Assembly (NCBI GenBank): GCA_963788655.1
Contig: CAWBHS010000088.1
Location: 224,001-288,000 of the forward strand
Length of the DNA stretch: 64,000 bases
Direction: 5' to 3'
Source of the DNA: an uncultured Verrucomicrobiae bacterium
GTDB taxonomy: Bacteria; Verrucomicrobiota; Verrucomicrobiia; Limisphaerales; JAFGQR01
Position numbers and translations under genes: made by a program
In this document: positions 1 to 8,935 of the stretch, piece after piece
Layout: each line of letters begins with the position of its first letter
Position numbering within the stretch: position 1 is the first letter of the stretch
Notes under the pieces: model-generated
What the model saw: the letters and a program-made list of their open reading frames with translations, nothing else
What the model was told of the DNA's origin: nothing
Database searches by the model: none

Positions 1-1
1 C

Positions 2-679
2 CAGTTCCTGGCGCATCGCGGCGCACCGGACTGCCCGTGGCTCGAGCTGTCGAGACTCCGGAACTTCTCCGAATCCAAGGCGGCGGTGAGCGAGCTAGGC
101 GACGCGCTCGCCGCGGGCGAGCGACCCGACGACGTGGTCGCCGTGTTCTACGGCGCGCCCGATGGGGACCCGGCCTCGGCCCCGGACGCCGGAGCGGGGC
201 CTGGCCTAGGCGCGCTCCTCCGATACGCGTCCGACGTGCTTCTGGACGAGGCTGGCATGTACAACGCGATCAAGCACGGGATCGCGGCCGTGCCAGGCAA
301 GCGGGCCTTCCCGGACGAGATCGACGGCCGCCCGTTCCCCCGTCAGCGCGGCGGAGGCATGTCGCTGCTCACGCTCCAGCCGCTCGACGCGGACGACGGG
401 CGGCGGTGGACTCGCGTCATCACCTACGTCGACGCCGAGGAGAACATCGCGATGGTGGCGCTCATCGCGGAGCAGCTCGAGAATCTCTGGAACGTGGCGC
501 GCGCCAAGTACCTGGGGGAGCCGCTCGCGAGCCTGCACCCGCTCGCCGAGGAGATGGCGGACCGGGTACGTTCCTCGACCGCCGCCAGTGGCCTGAGAAC
601 GGTGCTCGAGGTCGGGTTCTCGCTGCTCTACCGAGACGACGACCGGGGCGCCGCGGACGGCCTACGCAACGAGCTGTGA
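2..679 (+). CDS. Hypothetical protein, 5'-truncated by window edge
   Basis: Frame open from nt 2 (QFLAHRGAPDCPWLELS...) into the 86..679 ORF; GC3-rich codons; contains YNAIKHG. Confidence 0.65.
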   Translation, partial: QFLAHRGAPDCPWLELSRLRNFSESKAAVSELGDALAAGERPDDVVAVFYGAPDGDPASAPDAGAGPGLGALLRYASDVLLDEAGMYNAIKHGIAAVPGKRAFPDEIDGRPFPRQRGGGMSLLTLQPLDADDGRRWTRVITYVDAEENIAMVALIAEQLENLWNVARAKYLGEPLASLHPLAEEMADRVRSSTAASGLRTVLEVGFSLLYRDDDRGAADGLRNEL

Positions 680-891
680 CACTCGCCCTCGGGACACCCC
701 CAGAACGGTCGCGGTGATCTCCAGATGACGCGAGTCGGCGACAGAAATACGCGTTTTCGGAAAGTAGCAGCGGTATGCCCGACTCGCATCTTTTACGGCG
801 TCTTGCGTTCAACATGCGAATTGAGAGTGCTTGCCTTAGCATGGGCGATGGCCCGTGCGGCCACCCGAACCCGAGCACCTAGGAGACACGT

Positions 892-1809
892 ATGGCGCCC
901 CGCATCGTCCCGCGAGTATTCGACCTGCACTTGAGCCGCAAGGTCGGTGTTGGTGTGATGGCACTCGCAGTGACGGCGTTGCTCGCTGGTTGCACGGACT
1001 CGGGCCTTGCGCCGAGCGACACCGGACCGTCGAGCGCCCCTGAGGGATTGGCCACGTACCGGCTGCCCCTGGACGATTACATCATTTCGCCATTCGAGTG
1101 GGACCTCGGCAACTACGCGGAGAACCTGCTCGCTGAGCAGTGCATGAACTCCCACGGATACGAGTGGTCCGTTCCGCGGCGCGACGTCGACTCGCTCGCA
1201 CCCCCCGCGACTCAGTCCGCGAGTGGGCGCAGGATCTTCAATGTCGATATAGCAAAGACGTACGGGTACCACCAACCCGACTGGCTTCCAGAGAACGTCG
1301 TTAAGGCCGAGCAGGCGCTCGGCTCGCAAGTCCTTTCCGCCGAGAAGCAGACCGCCCTGGACTCATGCATCACGGAAGATGCCCGCACCACGTTGCCGCT
1401 TCCCCAGAACTACGAGCAGCTCGGCACGTACCTCGCGAACGATGCGCTGGCCCGCGCGCTGGAAAGCGAAGAGGTCGTCAGCGCTATTCAGCAGTGGCGT
1501 ACGTGCATGGCACCTGCGGGGATCGATGACCTCCCCGAAAGCCCGCTAGGGATGCCCGGTGAATCTCTCGCCGCTGAATGGCGCGTTGGCGAGCCAGATA
1601 CCGTCGCGTCCGTTGCCGAGATTGAGATGGCGATCGACGACGCTACCTGCCGGGAACAGAGTGGGTTCGATGTCGCGCTCTATACCGCAGAATCGCGCTT
1701 CCAAGAGGCGGCGCTTTCCGAGAACGCGGACGCCCTCCTTGCCGAACAGCGGGAAGCGCAGAGCTACATTGAGCGCGTTTCCGAAACTCTCGCGTCGTTG
1801 GGCGCATAG
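892..1809 (+). CDS. Secreted lipoprotein with paired Cys (real start may be ~958)
   Basis: Hydrophobic signal ending LLAGC (lipobox); QCM...GY, W..CMA..G and DATC motifs typical of uncharacterised actinobacterial lipoproteins. Confidence 0.75.
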   Translation: MAPRIVPRVFDLHLSRKVGVGVMALAVTALLAGCTDSGLAPSDTGPSSAPEGLATYRLPLDDYIISPFEWDLGNYAENLLAEQCMNSHGYEWSVPRRDVDSLAPPATQSASGRRIFNVDIAKTYGYHQPDWLPENVVKAEQALGSQVLSAEKQTALDSCITEDARTTLPLPQNYEQLGTYLANDALARALESEEVVSAIQQWRTCMAPAGIDDLPESPLGMPGESLAAEWRVGEPDTVASVAEIEMAIDDATCREQSGFDVALYTAESRFQEAALSENADALLAEQREAQSYIERVSETLASLGA

Positions 1810-2184
1810 AAGAAAACGCCTACATACACCTCGATCCCGCACGGGCACTTCGTGTGTGAAACCCAGGGCAGGGTGCCGCATCGGGCTGGGACAGAGCTCC
1901 CGAGTCCACGCTAGTTGGGCAAGCGGTCCGTCGGCTGGTTGGCATTGGCGTCCATCCACAGGGCCACGGCGTCGGCGATACGGAGACGCTCGGCGACGGT
2001 GGTGGCGTCACGTCGGGGAGTCTCCAAGGTTCGGCCACGGGAAGTCAGCCGGAACCTTTCCCGGGGCAAGGCCAGCCCATTCGGCGTCAACGTGCAACTC
2101 GATGGATTTGGTTCAGCAGAACAGGGCCCTCCCCTGGCTAGGGGGGCTATCGGATACGCCCCGACGTGATCCTCAGGATCGCGC

Positions 2185-2514
2185 CTACTTCGCGGGCAGC
2201 GTGCGCGCGAACGCGACGCCGCGGTCCACCCAAGCAACGACGGCCGCCTCGTCGTCGAGCGCCGGGCCCTCCACGAAGAGCCACCCGCGCATCGGGCGTC
2301 CCTGCATCACCATCTCCTCGACGCCGGGGCCGAGCAGTGCACCCACGCCCGTGGGGTCGGTACGGACGAGCAGCCCGCCGCGACCGCTCGCGGCCACGGT
2401 CATGTTGCCGTCCACCAGGAACGCGAGCCCGCCGAACATTGCCTTCTCCACCACCGAGACGTCGCGGGGGAGGGCGGCGCGGATCTCGTCCGCGAGGGCG
2501 TGGTCGTAGGCCAT
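2185..2514 (-). CDS. TfoX/Sxy N-terminal domain family protein
   Basis: EKAMFGGLAFLVDGNM...GGLLVR...MRGWLFV...WVDRGVAFARTLP signature. Confidence 0.85.
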   Translation of the reverse strand: MAYDHALADEIRAALPRDVSVVEKAMFGGLAFLVDGNMTVAASGRGGLLVRTDPTGVGALLGPGVEEMVMQGRPMRGWLFVEGPALDDEAAVVAWVDRGVAFARTLPAK

Positions 2515-2765
2515 GCGGCCAGTGTTCCAGAAGGGTGCGACGCGGCCCGCGTCAGTGCACGCGCGGGACGATCCGGTACTTCACCTTCGCCGTGTATCGC
2601 TCCCAGAGGAGGTGCGATTGCGGAGCCCCCGGTGTAGCGTCGATTTGCGTTCGTGAGTGGATTCCTGCTCGTCAAGTCGATCGCCGATCTGATCAACAAT
2701 GCCGAAGCAGCGCTCGCGGCTTCCGCAGCTGAGACCACTGCGAACGCGGTGCCGGAGGGGCAAAC

Positions 2766-3272
2766 ATGGCCGATTCTCGCGACGTGAGTTCTGCGGGCGC
2801 CGCGCGAAGCGAGGCCAAGCGTCGGCGGGCCATGTCCTTGCGGGCACACGCCCCAAGGTGGTTGCGCGTGCTCGCCACATTCGCGTTCGTGCGGGCCGCG
2901 GCAATCGTGGCGATCGCGTGGTTCTGGTTGGACTACCGCGACGAGGCCATTGGCGAGGTCTCCGTGATCGCATGGGCGGCGTGCAGTGTCGCCTTCGAGT
3001 TGCTCGCGGGTATCACCTTGATGGCTGCCGCTGTCGGTCGCGTGCCATCAGGTGTTTCGCTCGCGCTCGCGATCCTGGCTTTTGGTGCCCTTGCGATCGG
3101 CGTGGTCTTGTTCGTAGGCGCCGGGATCTTCGGGAGGGCGCCGGAGTGGGCCCTTACCGTCGGGCTCTTCGACAACCTCGTAAGAGTGGTGCTCATCGTT
3201 GGCATGCTGTGGCCGATGATCCTTGCCCGTGCGGAGGCGGTCGACGCCCAACATTACGGGTCGCAAGGCTGA
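2766..3272 (+). CDS. Hypothetical membrane protein (~4 TM)
   Basis: GGAGG 5' of ATG; four hydrophobic segments. Confidence 0.65.
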   Translation: MADSRDVSSAGAARSEAKRRRAMSLRAHAPRWLRVLATFAFVRAAAIVAIAWFWLDYRDEAIGEVSVIAWAACSVAFELLAGITLMAAAVGRVPSGVSLALAILAFGALAIGVVLFVGAGIFGRAPEWALTVGLFDNLVRVVLIVGMLWPMILARAEAVDAQHYGSQG

Positions 3273-3283
3273 TGCCGAGCGGG

Positions 3284-3381
3284 CTCAGTACACGCGCGGC
3301 ACGATCTTGTACGGCACCTTCGCGGTGTACTGATCCCACAGCTCCCCGTACTTGGCGTGGCAGACCTAGTCGTCGTCGGCC
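3284..3381 (-). repeat. Degenerate duplicate of the last 98 bp of the sterol reductase gene (5510..5607)
   Basis: 91/98 nt identical by manual alignment; reads DDD*VCHAKYGELWDQYTAKVPYKIVPRVY* with an in-frame TAG. Confidence 0.9.
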
Positions 3382-3447
3382 CGGACGACCCCGGGTTTGA
3401 AGACAGCGCCGCGCGGCGTCAACCTGGGCGCGTTCCGCCGGGCGGGG

Positions 3448-3879
3448 CTAGTTCCATTCCTTCCGGATCAGCTCGTCATAGTCGGGAGGCTCTTGGCCTG
3501 GCTGGGCCGAAATCCAACCATCGCCAACTTTCTGATACGCCTTTCGACGATACTTCCGTTTCTTCACGATCGCGGTGATCGCCTCAGACAGTGAGGTGCG
3601 GTCAGCCCAAACGTTGCCACATTCGCCGCAACCGAAGAACGTTGCGTCAGCGTCCTCAACTTCACAGACCCAGCCGTAGCATGTCTCCACCGGGCATCGC
3701 CAGTTCTGGTCGGAAGTATGGTCCCTCGTCGGCGACTCCACCAGTACAGCGCGAGGGCAGGAGGGGCACTCGATCATTGCCAACTCCATGTCACCCGATA
3801 GCACGCGCGCCAGTAGAGCTCTGGCGTCGCTGTCAGGCTCAAACTCGTGCCCGCAATCGCAGCGGAGAAGGTTCTCCAT
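3448..3879 (-). CDS. Cys-rich (zinc-ribbon-like) hypothetical protein
   Basis: CxC, CxxC, CxxxxC and CxxC clusters; codon usage less GC3-biased than the flanks. Confidence 0.7.
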   Translation of the reverse strand: MENLLRCDCGHEFEPDSDARALLARVLSGDMELAMIECPSCPRAVLVESPTRDHTSDQNWRCPVETCYGWVCEVEDADATFFGCGECGNVWADRTSLSEAITAIVKKRKYRRKAYQKVGDGWISAQPGQEPPDYDELIRKEWN

Positions 3880-4095
3880 TGCCGCAGTCTATTCGCCGCA
3901 CGCCCAACTCCACGTGGAGGTGAGCCTGGCCGCGATCGCAGGGTGCTCGACCTAGCCGTAGGCGGTGTGCGGGCTACACCAACCGCCAACGATGGTGAAT
4001 TCTGCCGCGACCTCCGTGGCGCCCATCGCGAACTGGTGTCCACAGGGCATGGTGGTCGCGTCCCCGTGCACAAAGTGGGGCAATCCCGACAAGCG

Positions 4096-4117
4096 TGTCA
4101 GTGGGTGGTGCTGGAAT
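4096..4117 (+). promoter_or_regulatory. RecA-NDp/PafBC-like promoter motif
   Basis: TGTCAG-N10-TG-N3-T, 7 nt before ATG 4125; same spacing as 21542..21563. Confidence 0.6.
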
Positions 4118-4124
4118 GGGTGTC

Positions 4125-5435
4125 ATGACGTTCATGACTCACTCGTTGCGCACGGCCGCCGCGGTCGTGTGCGCCCGTGAGGGTGTCGACGTCGCCGGGC
4201 TTCCGGCCCCAGAGTTGCTCGAACTGTCGGGGGACGTCGCTCGGTTGCGGCGTGATGCGGATGTGCTGATGGCGCAGGTGGCTGCGGAGATTCGCCGACG
4301 GTCGGAGGCGGACGACGCGGGGGCGGGGCTTGCCGCCAGGCAGGGGTTTCGGTCGGCGGGGCAGTTGGTGGCGCAGGTGACGGGTGGGAGTGTGGCGGAC
4401 GCGCGAAGGCTCATGGGCGCGGGGGAGCTTCTCGCCGACGCCGAATCGGCGGTGGTCGAGCAATCTCCGATGACGGAGTTTCGCTCGGATCTTGCGGGAA
4501 TGGTGCGGGACGGGCGGGTCGGTGTTGATGCGGCGGCACTGTTCACGGGAGCGATGGCGGGCCTTCCTGATGGGGAACGGACGCGGGACCTGTTCTCGAA
4601 GGCGTTGGGGAAGGCTCCGGGGTTGCCGTTGCATCAGATTCGCAAACTAGTGTGGCAGGCTCAGGCGTTCGCGGACCCGAAGGCGTGGGAGGAGCGGGAG
4701 GACCGTCAACACGAGGCCCGCGCACTCGCCATTCGGGACGACGCGGACGGCATGGTCACCCTCGAGGCACGCCTTACCCCGCTCGCAGCCGCCTCCGTGC
4801 GAGCGGTGTTGGATGCCGGGGTCCGTTGGGCCATGCGGGCACGGCGCGATAACCCGGACTCAGACACCCGTACTGCGTGGCAGATGCGGGCCGACGTTCT
4901 CACCGACCTGTGTCGACATGCCCTCGACTGTACGGAGGCCACCAGCGGGGTGAAGACCACGGTCGTGGTCCGCATGACCCGCGCCGACCTCGAATCGGGA
5001 TCCGGCGCGGGGGAGATCGACGGGATGCCCCAGCCCATCAGCGTAGGTGCGTTGCGTCGCGCCGCGGCGGACGCTGAGGTGATACCCGCGGTTCTTGGCG
5101 GCAAGTCAGAGGTGCTCGACTGGGGCCGATCTCGCCGCCTGTTCACTCCGGCTCAGCGCCTGGCGCTCGTGGAACGCGACGGTGGGTGCGCCTGGTGCAA
5201 CGCACCACCCTCCTGGTGCGAAGCGCACCACATTCGCTGGTGGGAGAGAGACGCCGGGCCTACGGACATGGCGAACGCCGTGCTGATGTGCGCCCGCTGC
5301 CACCATCGAGTTCATCGGGACGGCTGGGACATCGAGGTACGGGATCAGGTGGTGAACTTCATCCCGCCGCCGTCCGTGGACCCCGCGCGCGCACCCCGAA
5401 AGGGCGGGCGAGAACGCTTCGAGCTCGCGGCGTAG
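4125..5435 (+). CDS. DUF222 + HNH endonuclease (13E12-repeat-like family), copy 1
   Basis: RLFTPAQRLALVERDGGCAWC...CEAHHIRWW...GPTDMANAVLMCARCHHRVH HNH module. Confidence 0.9.
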   Translation: MTFMTHSLRTAAAVVCAREGVDVAGLPAPELLELSGDVARLRRDADVLMAQVAAEIRRRSEADDAGAGLAARQGFRSAGQLVAQVTGGSVADARRLMGAGELLADAESAVVEQSPMTEFRSDLAGMVRDGRVGVDAAALFTGAMAGLPDGERTRDLFSKALGKAPGLPLHQIRKLVWQAQAFADPKAWEEREDRQHEARALAIRDDADGMVTLEARLTPLAAASVRAVLDAGVRWAMRARRDNPDSDTRTAWQMRADVLTDLCRHALDCTEATSGVKTTVVVRMTRADLESGSGAGEIDGMPQPISVGALRRAAADAEVIPAVLGGKSEVLDWGRSRRLFTPAQRLALVERDGGCAWCNAPPSWCEAHHIRWWERDAGPTDMANAVLMCARCHHRVHRDGWDIEVRDQVVNFIPPPSVDPARAPRKGGRERFELAA

Positions 5436-5510
5436 GCCACGGCAACCAACCCGCACCGCGCCTGGTCCACGCCCGGACGTCTTCCGTCCTCGTCGTCGCC
5501 CCACTCGCAC

Positions 5511-6588
5511 TCAGTACACGCGCGGCACGATCTTGTACGGCACCTTCGCCGTGTACTCCTCCCACAGCGCGCCGTACTTCGCGTGGCAGACCTTGTCGTC
5601 GTCGGCCTGGCGCGTGAGCATCAGCGCGACGTAGTAGGCCGGGTACAGCCACACCATCCAGATTCCCGAAGTAGCCGGCGGCCAGCGCGATCGCCACCGC
5701 CTGGATGATCTCGCCCAGGTAGTTGACGTGGCGGCTGACGCCCCAGAAGCCGCTCGCGAGCAGGGTGTGCTCGCCGTCGCTCAGGGTCCGGGGCTCCATG
5801 CCGAGGAAGCGCCGCTCGGGCTCGGTCTTGAACGTGTACTTCTGCATGTTTGCGCCGCGCGTGAACACCCAGCCGATCAGGAACAGCGCGCCGAACGAGG
5901 CGGTCAGCCACACGGGACGGCCGGGGTTCGGAAGGTGCGCGGTGAACCACAGCGAGACCGTATAGAAGTAGGGGTAGAACGCGAGGCACCCGAACCCCAG
6001 CTTGAATCCCACCCGCTCGGCGATGAAGTCGTAGGTCCACAGGTGGACGCGCTCAAACGTCAGGTACTCCGTGCAGAACCACGTCAGCATGGCGCAGCCC
6101 AGCAGGAAGCCGTAGTTGATGTTCTCGACCGTCGCCACGTGATACGCCGCGAACGAGAGGACGTTCAGCTGGAGCATGACGGCGCCCACCAGGTAGAACC
6201 AGATCTTCGCGTCGATGAACCCGTCCCTCAGCTGCGGATCCTTCGCCCTGCCGAACCACAGGTCGGCGATGAACGAGCGGCCCGTCGGCGGGTAGCGCAG
6301 CACCACCCAGAACGAGTACGCCAGCCCGATCACGCACGCGCCGATCAGGCCGAGCCAGCGGGTCTCGTACAGCCAGACGTACGGAACGACGTCGAAGTAT
6401 CCGAGCAGGAACCAGATGACGACGCTCGCGCCCAGCACGAAGCGCCCGTTGGTGCGGTACTTCATCACCTCGCCCGTCGCCTCGTTCGTCACGTACCCCG
6501 GCGTCCGCCTTGCCGGGATCACGACGTGCAGCGCGGTGACGCCGAGGTACGCGATGAGCGGCGTGACCAAGCCCAGGAACAGCCTCAT
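5511..6588 (-). CDS. ERG4/ERG24-family (sterol reductase-like) membrane protein; one frameshift near 5665
   Basis: YDFIAERVGFKLGFGCL, RGANMQKYTFK, LLASGFWGVSRHVNYLGE; C-terminus DDDKVCHAKYGALWEEYTAKVPYKIVPRVY lies in the shifted frame; ATGA overlap with the SDR stop. Confidence 0.85.
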
Positions 6589-7373
6589 GACAAACCTCCG
6601 GTGTTCTTCGCCATCATGCCGATCGCGGCCTTCCTGCTCAACAGGCGCGTCAAGACAAAGCGGCCGACCTTGTTGGTGGCTCCGGGGACGACGACGGGGC
6701 CGCGCCCCAGCGCCTTGAGCGCGGTCTCGGCGACGACGCTGGCTGGCAGGGTTCCGGGTGCGGGCTTGGTTTTCTCGGCGGCCTGGTAGCCGGGGGTCAG
6801 GATGGCGCCTGCCGCGCACGCGAGCACGTCCACGCCGCGCGGCCTCAGCTCCTTCCACAGGCCCTCGGCCAGGATCACGTTGAACGACTTGGTGGCGGCG
6901 TAGGTGGCGAGCTTCGGGCTGCCCTGACCTCCCGCGAGCGAGGACATCAGGATGACGCCGCCGCGCCCGCGCTCGATCATCGGCGCGGTGAGCAGCTTGG
7001 TGAGCAGGAGGGGCGCGCGGACGTTGACGGCCGCGGCGAGCGCCAGGTCCTCCTCGGTCGCGTCCTCGAACAGGCCGATGGGTGCGTACGCGGCGTCGTA
7101 GACCAGCAGGCCGATGTCCACCGTAAGGGCGTCCACGCGCTTCTTCACCGCGTCCCAGTCCGCCATGTCCGCCGCGATGGCGACGACGTCGACTCCATGC
7201 GCCTCGGCCAGCCGGGCCGCCGTGGCCCGGAGCCGCTCCTCGTTCCTGGCGATCAGGACCAGGTTGACGCCCCGGCTCGCGATCGCCTCGGCGAAGGCGG
7301 CGCCAAGCCCGACGGAGCCGCCCGCGACCAGCGCGTACGGACCGTACTTCTCCTTGAACGGCGCGGACGTCAT
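6585..7373 (-). CDS. Short-chain dehydrogenase/reductase (17beta-HSD/ketoacyl reductase-like)
   Basis: KYGPYALVAGGSVGLG Rossmann motif; SS...YAATK catalytic motif. Confidence 0.9.
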   Translation of the reverse strand: MTSAPFKEKYGPYALVAGGSVGLGAAFAEAIASRGVNLVLIARNEERLRATAARLAEAHGVDVVAIAADMADWDAVKKRVDALTVDIGLLVYDAAYAPIGLFEDATEEDLALAAAVNVRAPLLLTKLLTAPMIERGRGGVILMSSLAGGQGSPKLATYAATKSFNVILAEGLWKELRPRGVDVLACAAGAILTPGYQAAEKTKPAPGTLPASVVAETALKALGRGPVVVPGATNKVGRFVLTRLLSRKAAIGMMAKNTGGLS

Positions 7374-7435
7374 GGCACCGACCCTACCGGCGCGGCACGA
7401 GGGTCCCGCGGACGCGGACGCGAAAGACGTCCGTG

Positions 7436-7471
7436 CGCCACGATTGGTCAACACGTTGACCAATCGTGGCG
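7436..7471. promoter_or_regulatory. Perfect inverted repeat (17-bp arms), core GTCAAC-N2-GTTGAC, putative operator
   Basis: CGCCACGATTGGTCAAC-AC-GTTGACCAATCGTGGCG between the divergent SDR and SGNH genes. Confidence 0.7.
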
Positions 7472-7503
7472 AACACGGTCCTGTCCCGCGTCGCGTCGGG
7501 AGC

Positions 7504-8300
7504 ATGATGGAAACCATGCGCATCGTGTCGATCGGAGACAGTTTCACCGAGGGGTTAGTCGATAAGCGGCCAGACGGCACGCTACGAGGCTGGGCGGACC
7601 GCGTCGCCATGGGACTCGCGGCAGCGCACCCCGACGAGGAGGTCTGGTACGCCAACCTCGCCGTCCGCGGGCGGCTCATCCAGCGCATCGCGACCGAGCA
7701 GCTCGACGCCGCGCTCGCCCTCGACCCGCCGCCCACCCACCTGACCTTCAACGGCGGCGGCAACGACATGCTGCGCCCCGGCTACTCCGACGATCGCATG
7801 CGCGACCTGATCACGCGCGTGCTCGACTCCTGCGCGGCCGCCGGCGTGCACGTCGTCATGCTGAGCGGCCCCGACCCCTCCGACCGCCTTCCCAACGGTC
7901 GGCGCATGCGGGAGCTGGGCACCCGCCTCACCGAGATCGTGGAACGCCTGCTCGACGGACGCGAAGGCGTCACCTTCGTCGACAACTTCCGCGACCCCGA
8001 ATCCCGCAGGGCGCCGTACTGGTCCCCTGACCGACTGCACCTGAACGCGGCAGGGCACCAACGCGTCGCCAGCCGCGTGCTCACCGCGCTCGGGGTGCCC
8101 ACCCCCGCGCCCGTCGTGCAACGGCCGACGACGCCCCCCGCGTCGGACGGCTACGCAGGGCTCTTGGCGAGGTCCGCTACTGGATGGTCTACGTGGTGCC
8201 GTGGCTGGCTCGCAGGCTCCTAGGCTCGTCGTCTGGCGACCGACGAGAGCCGAAGTTCCCCGCCTGGGTGCGGGTGCCCGACGCGACTAGGACGGACTGA
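7504..8300 (+). CDS. SGNH/GDSL hydrolase; frameshift ~8135-8160
   Basis: IGDSFTEG, YANLAVRG, GGGND, DRLHLN; typical C-terminus (VVPWLARRLLGSSSGD..EPK) continues in another frame to TGA 8300. Confidence 0.85.
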
Positions 8301-8832
8301 ACGTGTGCGACCAGACGAGCGTTCCGTCGGGATTCTCGTACGTGTAGCGCACCTTCGGGTCGGAGATGACGCCTGCCTTGCGCATCGCGGGGAACACATC
8401 GGTGTCGCACGACTTCTGAAGGACATCGAGGTACTTCTCGAACTCGGGGGCGGCCAATTCTGGGTCGAGGTTGTGCGCGTAGACGTAGACGTACTCGAGC
8501 GTGAGCGGCGGCACGCTCTCGACGCGGATGTCGATGTACTCGCCCTCGAACGAGGCGATGGAGGCAGGAATCCTGGGCTGGTAGGAGGCCACCAGCTTGT
8601 CGAGGGCCGCCTGCTCACGCGACGGCGCCGCTTCCGACGTGGTCGTCGTGGTCGTCGTGGTCGTCGTCTCGGTGGGGGTGACGGTCTCCGTGGACGACCC
8701 GTGCTCCCTGGTCTCCCTCGTCGCTGAACTGGACGCGGGCGTCGAGCACGCAGCCAGCATCGTCGCGAGGACGACCGTCGTGAGAATGATGGCGGAGCGC
8801 GAGCGTGTCCTGGTCATGCGTACCTCTTTCAT
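8287..8832 (-). CDS. Lipoprotein with Thr-rich linker
   Basis: MLAACS lipobox; poly-Thr tract; C-terminal globular domain ending YTYENPDGTLVWSHTF. Confidence 0.8.
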   Translation of the reverse strand: MKEVRMTRTRSRSAIILTTVVLATMLAACSTPASSSATRETREHGSSTETVTPTETTTTTTTTTTSEAAPSREQAALDKLVASYQPRIPASIASFEGEYIDIRVESVPPLTLEYVYVYAHNLDPELAAPEFEKYLDVLQKSCDTDVFPAMRKAGVISDPKVRYTYENPDGTLVWSHTFSPS

Positions 8833-8935
8833 GGATTCCGGAGACGACAGCCTAGCGCCACGCGCAGTGCCTCGTGGGCATGACTAGCACGCGAGCGGTG
8901 TTCACCTAGGGGGATCTCGAAAGGAGACGCGAGCC

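Noticed and set aside
1915..2169. Short ORF downstream of the lipoprotein
   Set aside because: No RBS, recognisable motif or codon bias; at most a gene remnant
4125..5435. IS-type terminal inverted repeats around the DUF222-HNH genes
   Set aside because: No shared inverted repeats or target-site duplications found; only the promoter/start motif is shared
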